Positions 22,019 through 35,800 of a stretch of 64,000 bases of DNA are shown here, one piece after another. How positions within the stretch are numbered: position 1 is the first letter of the stretch; each line of letters starts with the position of its first letter. The translations under genes were made by a program, and so were the position numbers. Source of the stretch: the human T2T-CHM13v2.0 reference genome, Homo sapiens; assembly GCF_009914755.1 (NCBI RefSeq), contig NC_060942.1; one strand, 5' to 3'. The notes beneath the pieces are model-generated. The model made no database searches. It saw only the letters and a program-made list of their open reading frames with translations, and was not told where the DNA came from.

Positions 22019-23689
22019 CTGTGTAAGGAAGAGTAGCTAGGATTGCTAACCTTGTGTGTATTATGGCACATCATTAATAACAATGATCAAAAGAAAGAGG
22101 ATGTCTTAACAGCTGCATTAAATTATTAGGGATACTGGCATTTTAAAATGATTTCAGGGTGAGACAATAACAAAAAAGCAGCTACATATAGAATGGGTCA
22201 CGTTATAAGGCCAGAGAGTAATTCTCAAAGGTAAAGCACTTGTGATCAAACAGAGATTCTTTTTTTCTTTCATTTATTTTTCCTTGCATTTACCGAATTT
22301 GTTGAAAGATATTCCTCACCATACCACCTGATTGAAGGAAGCTGCTTCAACAGCACTGTGTTCTCTGGAAGATATGGGAAATATGTAATACAAATAAAAA
22401 GTACATATGTTTATAAGAACAAATGAAAGACTGCAACAGCCTATAATTCCATTCTAACAGTAATTAAATATTATAAACTCCAGTTTTGAAATGAAAGTTG
22501 TTATCATAGACACAAAGGATTTTGAAACAATTGGACTTGGACATAAATATTTTGTATTAGTAAAAAACAAAGCACAAATTAGAAGCACACATTTTTTATT
22601 CTATCCTTAATGGAAAAAAGGGAAAAGATGAAAAATAATTTGAGTTGTGTAGCATTGAAATATTTGATTTTCAAGATGTTTTATATGTATTCTCTTTCTC
22701 TTTTTTAATTGGGTTTAAAAAGTCATGATTAAGTGATTTTACTGAAGTTATAAAATTGATGTTTTATAAAGTATCAGAGTATCTGATGAAAAGGTAAAAA
22801 ACCAGTCAGTGATGGGGATGCTTGCATCTGTAAACCAGATATCTGAATGTTTTCTTTGCTGTATGAAACTTTTGGTCCCTGGTGTAGATATAACCTGGAT
22901 TTCTTTATTCACTACTAAGAAGCTATGAAAATTTCTTGCTCAAAACTTTAGAATGGAGGACAAGGGCTTCATAACTGGTTACTAGTACAAACTCAAGAAA
23001 GAAATCCTTCATGAAACACTTTCAACTCATACCTTACACAGAAAGAGCATTATAAGGATAAGTTCAATTTTTCCTCTTAAAGTCAGGTATTTTGGGGTTT
23101 CTTTTGATCCTTGATACAGACTTAAAATGGACATCTGTGTCCATGATGATAAAAGGGAAGTAATACTTTCAATTTGGATAACCTTGATTTTGTGATTGTT
23201 TTGGGAGAAGTGCCTTATCTGGGTCTATTTTGGCAACAGTTGTATCCATTTTGGAGGTACCTCTGTTGGATGACTTTGTTGAGTGCTATCTCCCAGTTTT
23301 TACTATAGATGTTAGAAATGAGCCTCTGGACAATTAAAGGGAAATCCTTCCCATTAACGTTGCTGACAGCCAGCTGCCATCATAGTCTTTGTAACTTCTG
23401 GCCATCACAGTATTATTTGTGGGACAGGAAAAGAGCCACTGGCACAAACGAACTTAAGAAACCATCCCTACACTGCCTCCTGTGTTCCCTGATTTTTGTA
23501 GTCCCTCAACTCCTGCACATGTTTTAACATACCAGACCTACATAACTGCAATGAGCTCAATTATCCTGCATTTTCATGGGTTTGTTAGTTTTACTTTGCA
23601 AGTGTGCCTGGGCAGAGTTTTAATAAACATTTCATTCTTCATCAGTATTTTCTAGTCCTGGTAACATAATAAAAATTATCAGTGGGTTT

Positions 23690-23820
23690 ATATTTTAGAA
23701 AATATTCAGATGAAAGGAACTCTGACCAACTGTGTGAAAATCTAGGAGTGGAATCAGACTCCTGCATTTTAATAAAGCCCTACTGGTCATTCCAATGCAC
23801 AGCCAGATTGGAACACTACC
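23690..23820. mobile_element. MER5-like hAT fragment
   Basis: ctgcattttaataaagccctactggtcattccaatgcacagccagattggaacacta resembles the MER5A/B end. Confidence 0.5.
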
Positions 23821-25954
23821 ACCTTATGTTGTCATATGAACCAGAATGTATACACAGTCTTAAAATATGGGCGGGCTGAATGTTTTGGTGCCCTGACTCA
23901 CCAATTCAGCATGGAACATTTATGCAGTGAATGGTATACCACTAGTCTGAAAGAATTAATACACTTCAAGGAGTGCTCAGTTTATACTCTGAGCCTAACT
24001 TAAAGACCCAATAACTTCAAGCTCCTGGAACAAGGGCATAGTTGTCAGAATATACATGAATATTTAACAGATATAGTGGGAATATACAAAATGACTTTGC
24101 AATATGTCCAAACAGCTTTGCCCTGTTGATTCCATTTGCTGTTTTTTGGCTGTAGTTTGAAGACTTAGCAGGTGCTTTCTACACCTCACTTTCCTCATCA
24201 CGACTAGAGCTGTAGTCTCTGAGGAATTATTTGAATTCAGAGAACTGCTGGGGCTGCAGAATGAACAGCCATGTAGCCCTTTAAAAATACTATGTGCACC
24301 TACAGGTCAAAATGTCTTTAATTCACATTCTGCAAGAGGCTGCATTTTCATTCCAAGAACGACTTTTAATTTTTTAAAAGTATGTTTTCAGAATGGAAAA
24401 AATGTGGACAGATAAGGTCTTCTGGGGGAGCTGATCATCCCTGGGAATGACTTGGAATGAGTTTTCCTGATGAGTTATGGGAGCATGAACACATATCCTG
24501 TTTTCCTTCTCAATTCAGAAAGATTTTCACATAGATCCCTGTTTGCTCCAACTCATTCATTCTGTTTGCAGTCCTTTTGCTAAGACATCTGAAAGGAAGC
24601 ATTGGCTTAAAGGTTCCGTCCCAGGTGGGATGAGGATTTCTGGAAGGACAATTCTTGTTGAATGTTATAATTGTCTGCATTTCATTTTTCCTTTCTAAGG
24701 AATTTCAAAATAAGTGATCCATTCTTCAAGTCCCAGATGTTGTTGTAAACCAGAATTTTGGAACATTTGAATTAAAATTCAATCCCCCAAAGTTCTGCTG
24801 AGTCCCAGCTCTCAAACCAAACACTGACAAAAATGTATTTGTGCAATGGTTCACATGACTTCCTCAGTGCACCGCGTCCTGGGCTGTGTGACTCAGTCCC
24901 AAATGAACTGACACACCATACTGTAAATTTTATAACAACCAAACTCCAGGACACTAGAAATGACTCCTTGGTTCATAGTTTTTGAAAGACTAAAGTTCTG
25001 GAAACATCCTTGAATATTGATTTTTTATGACTCTTAAGCTATGTTGTTTTCCTAACAAAACTCTCAAAAAAAAAAAAAAAACCCTAAAATGTTCAAGTCG
25101 GTTAAAAAGTTTCCTGCATAGCATTGGCAGCCGTTTCAGTAAGACTAGTGAAGAACACGTGTCTTAGGGGATGGGGATTAGTCATTATTATCTTGTCCAA
25201 ATTTAAGCAGATTATTTTGGGAAATGTAAATATCCATGATTTAAAAGCAGTTGAGAGACAGGCCAATATATTTAGCAAAAAATGTTTTCAAAGTTTCATA
25301 TGAATCTCCGATGTTAGATTTTCGCGGATACAAATCTCAGTTTTCCATTCCCCCTTCTGCCCGCCATTCATTCACCTGTGTTTGTATAATGGAAACCAGT
25401 TATACAGCTCTGGTTACACATCTGTTTCATGCATGTGCAATTACAAGCCGTTTTAGCAACTAGTAAAACTACAGGTGTCTGGGTTTTAATGTAACCGTTT
25501 AAAAAGAGCAGTTCATGGGCCTCTGATTATTATTTTTTATAGCTGGCAATGTTCCTAAAGTAGACTGCCAGCTCAAGGGTTAAACATAACTCTGTTTCTC
25601 TCCCATCTGGTGGAATCTCTGAAACCCATTTGTAAATTAATTTTTGAAACTTTGAATCCATACTGCTGCATACAGTTATTGTATTCTGCACAGACAGCTT
25701 GTACTGCTGCTTTACATGGCTCCAACAACAAACAATTAACTGGATTTTGAGTGGTGGATGCTAAAGTCATTAAGTACGTGTATCTATTTGGCTTGCTAAC
25801 TCCTATACCATAACAGAGACCACAGTTACCATCAAATCACTTTGATAAATAATGTTGTCATGTAGTTTCATAACAGCTGTAGAATGTCGATCAGTGCCTT
25901 CTTAATCAGAAGTTCAGTTCTGTATAAATGAAAAATTTCACTTGGAGATCTCTC

Positions 25955-26329
<375 letters not shown>

Positions 26330-26774
26330 TAAGAACTATTTTAACAACTACTGAAATTCATTATTTGCCAATAAAATAGTCCAAGAATAAATTCGTCTGC
26401 TCTTAGAAGAGAAAGATAGGTATGTAAAAATATAAGTGGAGAGAATTGATTTACAGATTAATTTCATTAGACTAAAATTAAGATTTCAAATTTTTAAAAA
26501 ATGCTGTCCAGCACTCCCAAACTCAACACACATGGTAGCAGGTACAAGTCAAAATCAATTACAAATTTGAGTTTGCTGCACTGTAGTAAAGATAAGTTGA
26601 GCTGCTATATTTAAGGCTCTGGTGACATTTCCATTATGAATATAAGCATCACTTTTCAGGGATTTATTGCTCAGCCATAACAATTTTTAGGCACGATCAG
26701 TTATGAAATTGTAGGACTTGGCTTTCAGACCAGATATTTTTATTTACTTCTTTTGAATTAAGGAAGAGTTTAAA

Positions 26775-27145
26775 GGATGGAGAGAGTAGAAGCATGGTTA
26801 CCAGAGGCTGCGAAGGATAGTGGGGGGCTGGGAGGAAGGTGGAGATGGTTAATGGATACAAAAAATTAGCTAGAATGAGTAAGACCTACTATATGATAGC
26901 ACAATAGGGTGACTATAGTCAATAATAACTGAATTGTACATTTAAAAAAACTTAAAGAGTGTAATTGGATTGTTTGTAACTGAAAGGATAAATGGCTAAG
27001 GGGATGGATACCCCATTCTCCATGATATGCTTATTTCATATTGCTTTCTGGTATCAAAACATCTCATGTACTTCATAAATATAGACAACTACTATGTACC
27101 CACAAACGTTAAAAATAAAACAATTTTTAAAAAGAAAAAAGAAAG
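26775..27145 (+). mobile_element. L1MA-type (L1MA1/2-like) 3' end, 5' truncated
   Basis: atggttaccagaggctg...gatagcacaatagggtgactatagtcaataataac...tatgtacccacaaa followed by an A-rich tail. Confidence 0.85.
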
Positions 27146-27509
27146 AATTTAAATGTTCTGGATGAATGAAAACAAATTAACAGTAAGAACTATGAACATT
27201 TCCTTTGTTAAATAAAATTTGGCCATTTCACAGAAGCATTGAAAACTGTAGTTAATTTCTTGGTAATATATTTTCATTTGCCCTTTATTCCTAACAGCAT
27301 GATGATGTTTCTATGGCAGAGATGAACCTAGAATTGATGACACCCCAAACACTTTCATTCTCCATATGCTAATTATTACTCAAATTAGAGAGAGAAAATT
27401 TTCCTTGTGTTTTATGATAGGCTTAAAACATAAAATAAGTGAAGATTAGCTTTCTAGAATATGTAAAAATTTGACTCCAGTATTGTTTTTGAATAATATT
27501 TTAGGCAAG

Positions 27510-27930
27510 TCAAGCCCCTGGTTAAAATCCTCAGCAGTGACTGTTGTCTTCTAAAGTCCTAATTTTCAAGGTGTTCCAAAATCAGTTCCCAGCTTACTCT
27601 TCATACCTCAGCTTTCACTAATTCTCTTTATGAATCCTACAGCAAACCTAGACTCCCTGCCCTTTGTCAGGCACATCTAATTTACCTACCCTCTTCCTTT
27701 TTCTCTCAACCCATCTCTATCTAAATCCTTCCCATTCTCCCAGGCCTACTTTAATTATAAGCACCTCCAAAGATGTTTTCTTGATCCTTCTTACAGAAGC
27801 ATTTTTTTCCTCCTGAACATAAAAAAATTGGGGTTTTTGCAACAGCTGTTTATGTGTATGTTATTCACAACCTATTTCCTAATGAGGTGCTCACCTAAGG
27901 TTTGTTGATCACATAAATGCATGAATGAGT
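27510..27930 (+). mobile_element. L2 3' fragment
   Basis: Pyrimidine-rich L2-like body ending gtttgttgatcacataaatgcatgaatga. Confidence 0.5.
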
Positions 27931-28099
27931 ATCTGCTATTGAAGACTTACCTACTTTTGGATTTATGCTTTCTACTAGGATCAAGTGATAGATAAATAAC
28001 AAAGCATGACATATAAATATGTTAATATAGATACATATGTTAACACTGTATCTTTAGGGGATCTTAGCCCATCCATAAATAAATAACATTTGAAACAAA

Positions 28100-29230
28100 G
28101 GCATAACAGAGGCAAAATTGATTTGCTTTAGAAGGTCATCTTCCTCTCATTCATCAAGGCTACAAATGTAGCTTTGCCTTCTGTCTCAAAGCCATTTCCA
28201 TGGTTGTGTATCTGAAATGTACATATCTGTCTCCTGCGCATCCTGCCCCACATCATGCCTGGACCATCTCTGGACCACAAAACATTTTCCCAAAAGGTCT
28301 CTTTGATTCCAGCTGTCATGGGCTGTCAGGATGAACTTCCTAATATGCTGATAAGAATATGTCAATCCCCTGCTTAGAAATCTCTAGGTGGGGGATTGAC
28401 TACTCACAAAGTAAACTTCTGATCTACAAGTAAAATTCAAATCCCTTAAGGTGTCATTCAGTGCTCTCAATCATCTGCTTTCAATGTTCCCTTCTGGCTT
28501 CATCTCCTCTGGTCTCCACCACATGGCTTATGCTCATTCTCTTGGCTAACTTCACCTCCATGAAAATGCAATTATACTTCCTTCTTGTAGACTGGAACAC
28601 TCTTCCTCACTTTCCGCCTATCCTTTAAAGCAGTGGTCTCCAATCATTTTGGCATCAGGGACTGGTTTCATGAAAGACAATTTTTCCATGGACCTGCTGG
28701 GTGGGGATGGTTTCAGGATGAAACTGTTCCATCTCAGATCATTAGGCATTAGACTGTCATAAGGAGTGCACAACCTACATTCCTCACATGCACAGTTCAC
28801 AATAATGCTTCTATGATAATCTAATGTCACCACTGATCTGACTGGAGGCAGAGCTCAGGCAGTAATGCTCACTTGCCCGCCACTCACCTCCTGCTATGCA
28901 GCCTGGTTCCTAACGGGCCACAGACAGGTACTGTCCATGGCCCGGGGATTAGGGACCCCTGTTGTTTTAGGTTTGACTTTAGTGCTCCATTCTCTGCCAA
29001 GTCTTCTGTGATCCAAGTGGTCAGAATGTATTGCATTTCATTTGGATTTTTGTATATACCTCTATTTCACTGTACCTAGACCTATGGTGAGTAGCTTGTA
29101 TTTTCAACCCTACCAAATCACTACTTCTAGAAAACAGGAACCATGACATCATTATGTTTATGTATATCTCTTTGAGCTAGTAGTGTCTTCTTATATTGCT
29201 TTCTACACAGTAGTTAATTGCCTTGTGATG
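28100..29230 (+). mobile_element. L2 fragment interrupted by MER1B
   Basis: atgtcaatcccctgcttagaaatctc...aaaattcaaatcccttaaggtgtcattca...ctggaacactcttcc are L2-like. Confidence 0.5.
28631..28961 (+). mobile_element. MER1B hAT-Charlie element
   Basis: cagtggtctccaatcattttggcatcagggactggtttcatgaaagacaatttttccatggac...ggattagggacccctg. Confidence 0.9.
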
Positions 29231-30772
29231 AATTCAACCACACCTTTTGGGTATATAATATACCTTAATGAGAATTGTATTCCTAGGATAAATAAATAAA
29301 TAATTTCAGAAAATGCTAATCAACAATTATCAGTTAATCATGTGCTTATAATTGATGAAGCATTGACTCATCAGATTTGAATCATCAGGTAGATTTTAGT
29401 GACTTATCTGTGTTATTGTTTTCTTAAATAAAATATTTTGAGTAACGAGGGGGAATAAGTTTGATTTTTTTAACTTCTAAATTCTTTTTTAGAATTTAGG
29501 ACAGTTTGGAATTGAATGGTCTCTATATTGGTAAGTATAATAAGACCTTTAGTGCTGGTAGTTTTATTTAAGTTTGGAAACTCAGGTGGAATAAAATACT
29601 TATGGAATAAGTGATTACTTCATTCTCCATGGTAATAATCTACCTTTCAGAAAAGGTCAAAGAAGCTCTTTTATTCATTTTTTTATTAACCTTTTTATTT
29701 TAAAACAAGCTCCTTTTGTAAAGAACAAAAGTAGGCTTGAATTTTACTTTGCTGGTTGTCTGGACTGTAAAAATGAAAGTATAAACCAAGCCACCAAATG
29801 AAAAGAAACAGGGGGTCTCTTTCATTTGGAAGAGAAATTGTAAAACACTGCTCACACCAGGCATGTATTCATTTTTGTATTTCAAGCATTTAAAAAGTTG
29901 CTAGTGCAACTATAATGTTTTAAATACTCAATCTTTAAATGTTTAGCCTTTTTCTGAGGCTGAGAATCTGCATTGTGAGATGGGTAGCTCCTTCTCAAGA
30001 TGCAAGACCCCCAAGTGCTTTTACATAGAAGCTCACTTATTTTTTACTATTCCCGAAGGAGGCATTCTAGCACATGTCTAATGTCAGATTTCTACAAAGG
30101 GCAATTGAACATTGTCTGTTAGCCTGTAGATGGAACAGAGCTCTCTGATGACATTGAAGGGAAGGGTGGGGATTATCATAGCTTGATAAGCCTGGAAATT
30201 CTGCCGGATGGCATTTGGCAGTATGGAAATGTGCTCAGCTTATCTTACAGACAGGAATACAAAATTCAAAGAGTGAAAATGACTTCTCTAGATAGAGGCT
30301 GATCTGGACCAAGACTTGTAATTTTCTCAATGCCCAGTGTTTTTTCATCACCAGCCCACTCTTCTCACTGTTCCAGATGTGGGGGTTTTCCTCCTTGGTA
30401 AACACTGTGATCTATCCCTTTAATTGATTTTGTTCCCTTCTGAGCTTGGCAGCAAGTTGGAGGTAAGCACAGCTGCATGACTGCTGAGCATGCTCCAGAT
30501 GCTTTCAGATGGAGACAGAAGCTCTTTTATCCTGTAAGCTCCAGCTGAATCGGGGGCCAGAGGTCAGGACTACCTTTACACATTTTCTTTAACGTCACCA
30601 GCCAGCTTTGCTGACAGAATTGTATGGCTCCCCATGTCCTAATTCAAGAGAGATTTATTTAGCAAGGGATTCCCGGTAAAGCACAGCATGTCGAAAGTAT
30701 CCCAAAGCTCTATAAATGAGTCAACTAGACATAATTGAAAAGAGGGTGTTACTTTTTGCATATTCTCTATAA

Positions 30773-30970
30773 CAGTGCTGTCCAAAAGAACTTTCTGTAA
30801 TGATGGAAATATTCTATATTGGTGCTGTCCAATATGGTAGCCACTAGCAATATATAGCTGCTATATCCTTGAGACGTGGCTACTGTGAATGGGGAGCTGA
30901 ATTTTAATTTTAATTTTATTTAAATTAAAATGGTCACATTTGATTACTACTGCCATATTGAACAGAGCAG
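30773..30970. mobile_element. MER3 hAT element
   Basis: cagtgctgtccaaaagaactttctgtaatgatggaaat...atattgaacagagcag. TSD ctctataa / ctctatat (7 of 8 match). Confidence 0.85.
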
Positions 30971-31370
30971 CTCTATATAAATGTGGTGGATGTGTTATGG
31001 CACAAAAGAAGTTTTTAAAATGGTGGTTAGTTATTAGCCATTTTTCTCATATTTAATAACTATATCTCCTCATTGATAAAAACCAGTATAATGGAGTAAA
31101 TAATAACAATCCATGTGATAATATGAGTGAGAGAATTACTCACTGAAATTACAGTGCCACAGACAAATAGTGAAACTGCTTGCAACATTGCTACTACTGT
31201 AGAGAGCCAATCCATGTCTTAGAAAAGCCAAAACATGTGGAGGCAGAGGAATTTGATTTGAATTTGGCTCTCCCATTTTCGGAGTGATATTGAGCAATCA
31301 AAATATTTACTTGTGCTTATTTACTTCTTTTTAAAAATGACCTGTTGGCTTTCCATTTTCTCTTCCTCTC

Positions 31371-31808
31371 TGCATCACTTAGCTATTACCCCAGTAATAC
31401 TGCCTAACGAACCACCCCAAAACTTAGCAGCTTAAGAGAACAATCATTTCCTCTTGTTCACGCACCTGAATTTGGTCAAACTGCAGGGACTTGGTGGATT
31501 TAGGCTGGGCTCGACAGATGTTGGCACCAAGCTGCAAGTGAGTCCAGCTCAGCTCCATGTGTTTTCTGTTTTCCTGGCACCTGTGGGCCAGCTTGGGCAT
31601 GTCACTTTCATGTGATGGTGGAAGTGCAGAAGAACAAGCCAAATTGCACAAGTGTATTTCAAATATCTGTTCATTTCTTGTCTGCTAGCATCTCATTAGA
31701 TAAATCGAGTCACATGGCCAAGCATCAAAGTAGCAGAATCTTATATTCCTCCATGAAGGTGCAAGAAGAAAGTGAATACTTGACAAACAGTTATGTCATT
31801 TGATCACA
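31371..31808 (-). mobile_element. MLT1 (H/I-like) LTR
   Basis: aaccaccccaaaacttagcagcttaagagaacaatcattt...aagccaaattgcacaagtgtatttcaaa...gtcacatggccaag. Confidence 0.75.
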
Positions 31809-32174
31809 GTCTCCATAAACTCATCTTCCTCAAATGTTTGGCATCTACTGTTTGATAAGTTCAGTGTTCGTTTGTAAAATGAGAATAGTAGTAACAATGT
31901 CTGCTTCACACGATTATTTAGGATTGCTTAAGAACTTTGAAAAGGAGCTTTTTTCAAAAATAAAAATACATCAAGTGAACACAATATTTTGAATGATTTT
32001 AAGCAATATTCTCCCTCATCACAATTATCACTTCATGAATAGACCAAACTTTAAAAAAATTTCCTTAACATAGTCTGGATAATAACATCTAACTTATACC
32101 TACCATTTTTTCCATATTCAATCCAATAACTTACATATTGGCATTAAAAAAGGTAAGTCGGTTAACTGCTGGAG

Positions 32175-32660
32175 TGAATATTGTGTTTGACTCTCCAGCA
32201 TACATTCCATACCTTCTGTCTCAGTAAAAGGCAGCAATGTGGTTAGAGAAGTGACCTCTAATTAAAGGATGGGCCAGACTGGTATAAGAATAATTCCATC
32301 TCCCTTGCAAGTCCTTTGTTTGAGAGAGAATGTGTAATGTGGTTTTATCAAATAAAACCCAGCTAGAGGGTTATGGGAGGCTTGTAAGGCTGTTTCTCTA
32401 TCTTGAGAGAGTTGTGGGAAGCCATTCTCTCTTTCTCTTACTAAATGTGAATGAAGAAGCAGATTGTCTTAGTTGCTGCTAGTAGGTAGCCTGCAGCTCC
32501 AGGTCAGAGAAAGGCTGAGTTAAGAGAATCACAGAGAAATAAGACTGTAGTCCTGATAGGACATTGTCACAAGCGTATACCTTTTGGGAACATTGAATTA
32601 TGTGATTATTAATTATTCTACTCATTTAAGCTTATTTGATTAAGCATTTTATAGTCTTTC
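32175..32660 (+). mobile_element. MLT1K-like LTR
   Basis: aattccatctcccttgc...gttgctgctagtagg...ggctgagttaagagaatcacagag...catttaagcttatttga. Confidence 0.55.
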
Positions 32661-32849
32661 TCCTCTTCTAATTATTCATGTTATTTCATTCCTTCCTTCA
32701 TCACTCATTTATTCATCCATTCATCTCATAGGAACTCATAAGGGTCCATAGTGTGCATAGCTCTTACCAAGCATTAGGAAAGATGAAAAATGAATTTTAG
32801 AAATAATTTTTTGCAATTCTGTGTAAAATTGGTAAGTGAATTTATGCTT

Positions 32850-35800
32850 TAACAAAATCCTCTCTTTCAAACAACTGGAAGCTACAGATGAAATTTAAAA
32901 AAAGATGACCAAGATGATGTAGGTAGGCACCAAAATGGGATAAACATATCTGTGAATCACAGATAAAACAGGATCAAAAAGTGTCATAAGGGCTGAACAC
33001 GCAGCTCTGCCAGATTCCAACTCTGGAATCAGGTAATGGCAGCTTGGATCCTGTACCAAACATACAGATGACATACTTAGCCAAATGTACAGAGGACATA
33101 CTTAGGCAAATGTACAGCTTGAATCTAGGAACTGAGGTAAGCCTACCACTTCCTGAAATGAGGTTGGAAAAAGTTACTGCTGAGTCCCTGTCTGAAGTCA
33201 TAGCTTTATAGGACTCTGTGGGCGTAGGCAGACAACAGACAAAAACACTGCCTCACAACAAGGAGCTGAGCCAAACCATCTGATTATTTGATTTGTTATA
33301 TCTCTCAAATTATGGTAGAGCAGGAGAAAGGATGCATTCTAATATGAGCTGGATGTTGACTGGGTGTCAGTCTTCACTGCTAAAGACTGGGAAGGGGGAA
33401 TCCAGGAAGAAAAAGAGAGAAAGACAAATAGGAACAGAGAGAGAACAGAACAAATTCTGCAGGGGAAAAAGAAAAACCCAAAACAAGAAAAGAAATCTAA
33501 TGCTAAACAAAATAATCAACAAAATCAACAACCAGAACAAGAGTTAATTTAATGGTGCAGTTAGGAAGAGACTTAGATGAAAATGTTTAGAATGTTCAAA
33601 GAGATCAAGGAAAATATTATATTCATTAAAAAGAAAAAGATCATGAACCAAAGTCAGGCAGAGTTGAAACAGGAACAGGAAGATATGCAAAAACATAGAG
33701 ATGTTGCAAAAAATATAGCTATTGAAATAAAAAATATCACAATAAATGTGATAACATTTACAAATAAATAACTGGTGGTTTAAATGATCATAATAATAAC
33801 TCAGGTCCCAGCATCAAAGCTTTAAGAAGCAAATGTATCATGTCTTGTCTTCTCTACTTCAGAGCACAGAAAAGGAAGAAAAATTATAACGCTGGCAAAA
33901 CTTTTAAAAGAAAAGTAAAAGAAGGAAATATAGATTAGTCATACAAGCATAGTTGCATAAATCCTAAATAAAATAATATCTAATTATCCTCTACTGGTGA
34001 ATTTTTTAAAAAACATACAAACAAGTGATTTACTTCAGGGATTTAAGGATAATTTAACTCCAGAAAATGTACTAAAGTAATTCACATTAGCTGACAAACA
34101 GAGATAAAGTAGGTGATTATCTTAAGAGACGCAAACTAAATTGATAAGATTCTGCATTCATTCATAATTTTAGAACAGTAACAAAATACAAAACTCAGAG
34201 CAAGTTAGGAATAGAAGAAAATTTTCCAAACCCAAAGGATGAACTTTGAAAAGCCTCGAGCAAACATCATTTATCTGTGAGCCATGAGAAACATTCCATT
34301 TTGGTTAGCAAAAAGACAAGAATACCCACCATCAACATGCTTTAGTATTTTACTGGTAGTTCTAGTTAGTGCAGTAAGAGAAGAAAAAGAAGTAACAATT
34401 GCACACATTAGAAAAGAATAGAAAATTGTTCTTATTTTAGGTAACATAACTCTTCTATAGAAAAAAACCACACACAAACCAAGAAACTATACAGAAAAAT
34501 TATTTGAACAGGAGAATTCAGAAAGGTTGTTGGATAAAACATCAATAAACAAAAATTGAATAGTGCTTCTCTTTCATATGAAATATTCAATTACAATATA
34601 ATTAAAAATTAAACATTGTTTCAAATAATGACAAATGCTATAAGGTACCTAAACATAAATTTAACTAAAGACCAGTAATATCTTTGTGGAGAGCCTTACA
34701 AATATTATTGAAAGACAAAAGAATGCCAGAATAAAAAGATAAACCAAGATCCTAAATGAGAAAAGCTAATACTATAAAGATATTAATTCCTATCTCCACA
34801 ACTAATCTATAAATGGAATGCTATTTTAATTGAAAAAATCTTATCAGATGACTCTAAAACTATTACTGTAACAAACAGCCAAGAATAATGAATGAATTCT
34901 GAATAATAATAAAGGAACTAGCTCTACTAGTTCAATGAACAGGGCTCGAACAATTGCTTTTCCATGAAATTATATTTTTCATTACACCAGTGCATACATA
35001 TAAATTTCAGGGCAGATAAAATATTCAGATGTTAAAGAAAACTACTGCTTTCAGAAAAAAAAATAGGAAATATCTTTGTGAGTGCAAACTATCCTCCTTA
35101 AGTAACATGCAAAAAGCATAAAACATATAGGAAAAGATTTAGGACTTCTGCTGTACTAAAATATCAAATTATTACAAACAAAAACATTAAAAGTAAAGTT
35201 AAAAATAACAACAACAACATAAGCCATACAAATAGATATTAGGAAAAGATATTTTCAACTCAACAACAAATTAAGGATTACTATCCAGAACACATAATGA
35301 CATTCTATAAATTATTTTTGAAAACCCAGTGTAAAAATGAGCTAAGGATATGAACAAGAAATTCACAGAATAGGTAACCCAAATGGCGAGTACATACATG
35401 AAAGCTTCCTAATCATACCAGGAATTATTGATATTCGAATTCAAACTGATGCAGGGTAGATAAGCTCCAAAACTGGGGCTTAGTCTGGGCTGGTTTTTGG
35501 CTTCGCTGGGGAAAGAATTCAAGAGTGAGCTGGTGGTAGAAGAAAACAGCTTTACTGAGGCACCAGCGTTACAGCGCCGTGACTGCTCCTGCAAGGCAGG
35601 GCTGCCCCATAGGCAGTGTGTTGAGAGCAGCGGCTCAGGGGAAGTTCGGCAGTCATATTTATTCTCACTTTAAGGGGCAGGCTATTTAGAAATTTCTAGA
35701 AAAAGGATGGTAATTTCCAGGTTGTCTCCATGGAAAAGGGTGGTAATTTTGAGGTGTCACCATGGCAATGGTAAATTGTTATGGCTCTAGTGGTCGTGTC

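Noticed and set aside
12200-23680. Known miRNA hairpins in the transposon-poor block
   Set aside because: I looked by eye for common conserved mature miRNA sequences and found none. A miRBase/Rfam search is needed to exclude others.
33293-33771. Lys/Glu-rich ORFs
   Set aside because: Decayed, A-rich old L1 ORF1-like sequence.
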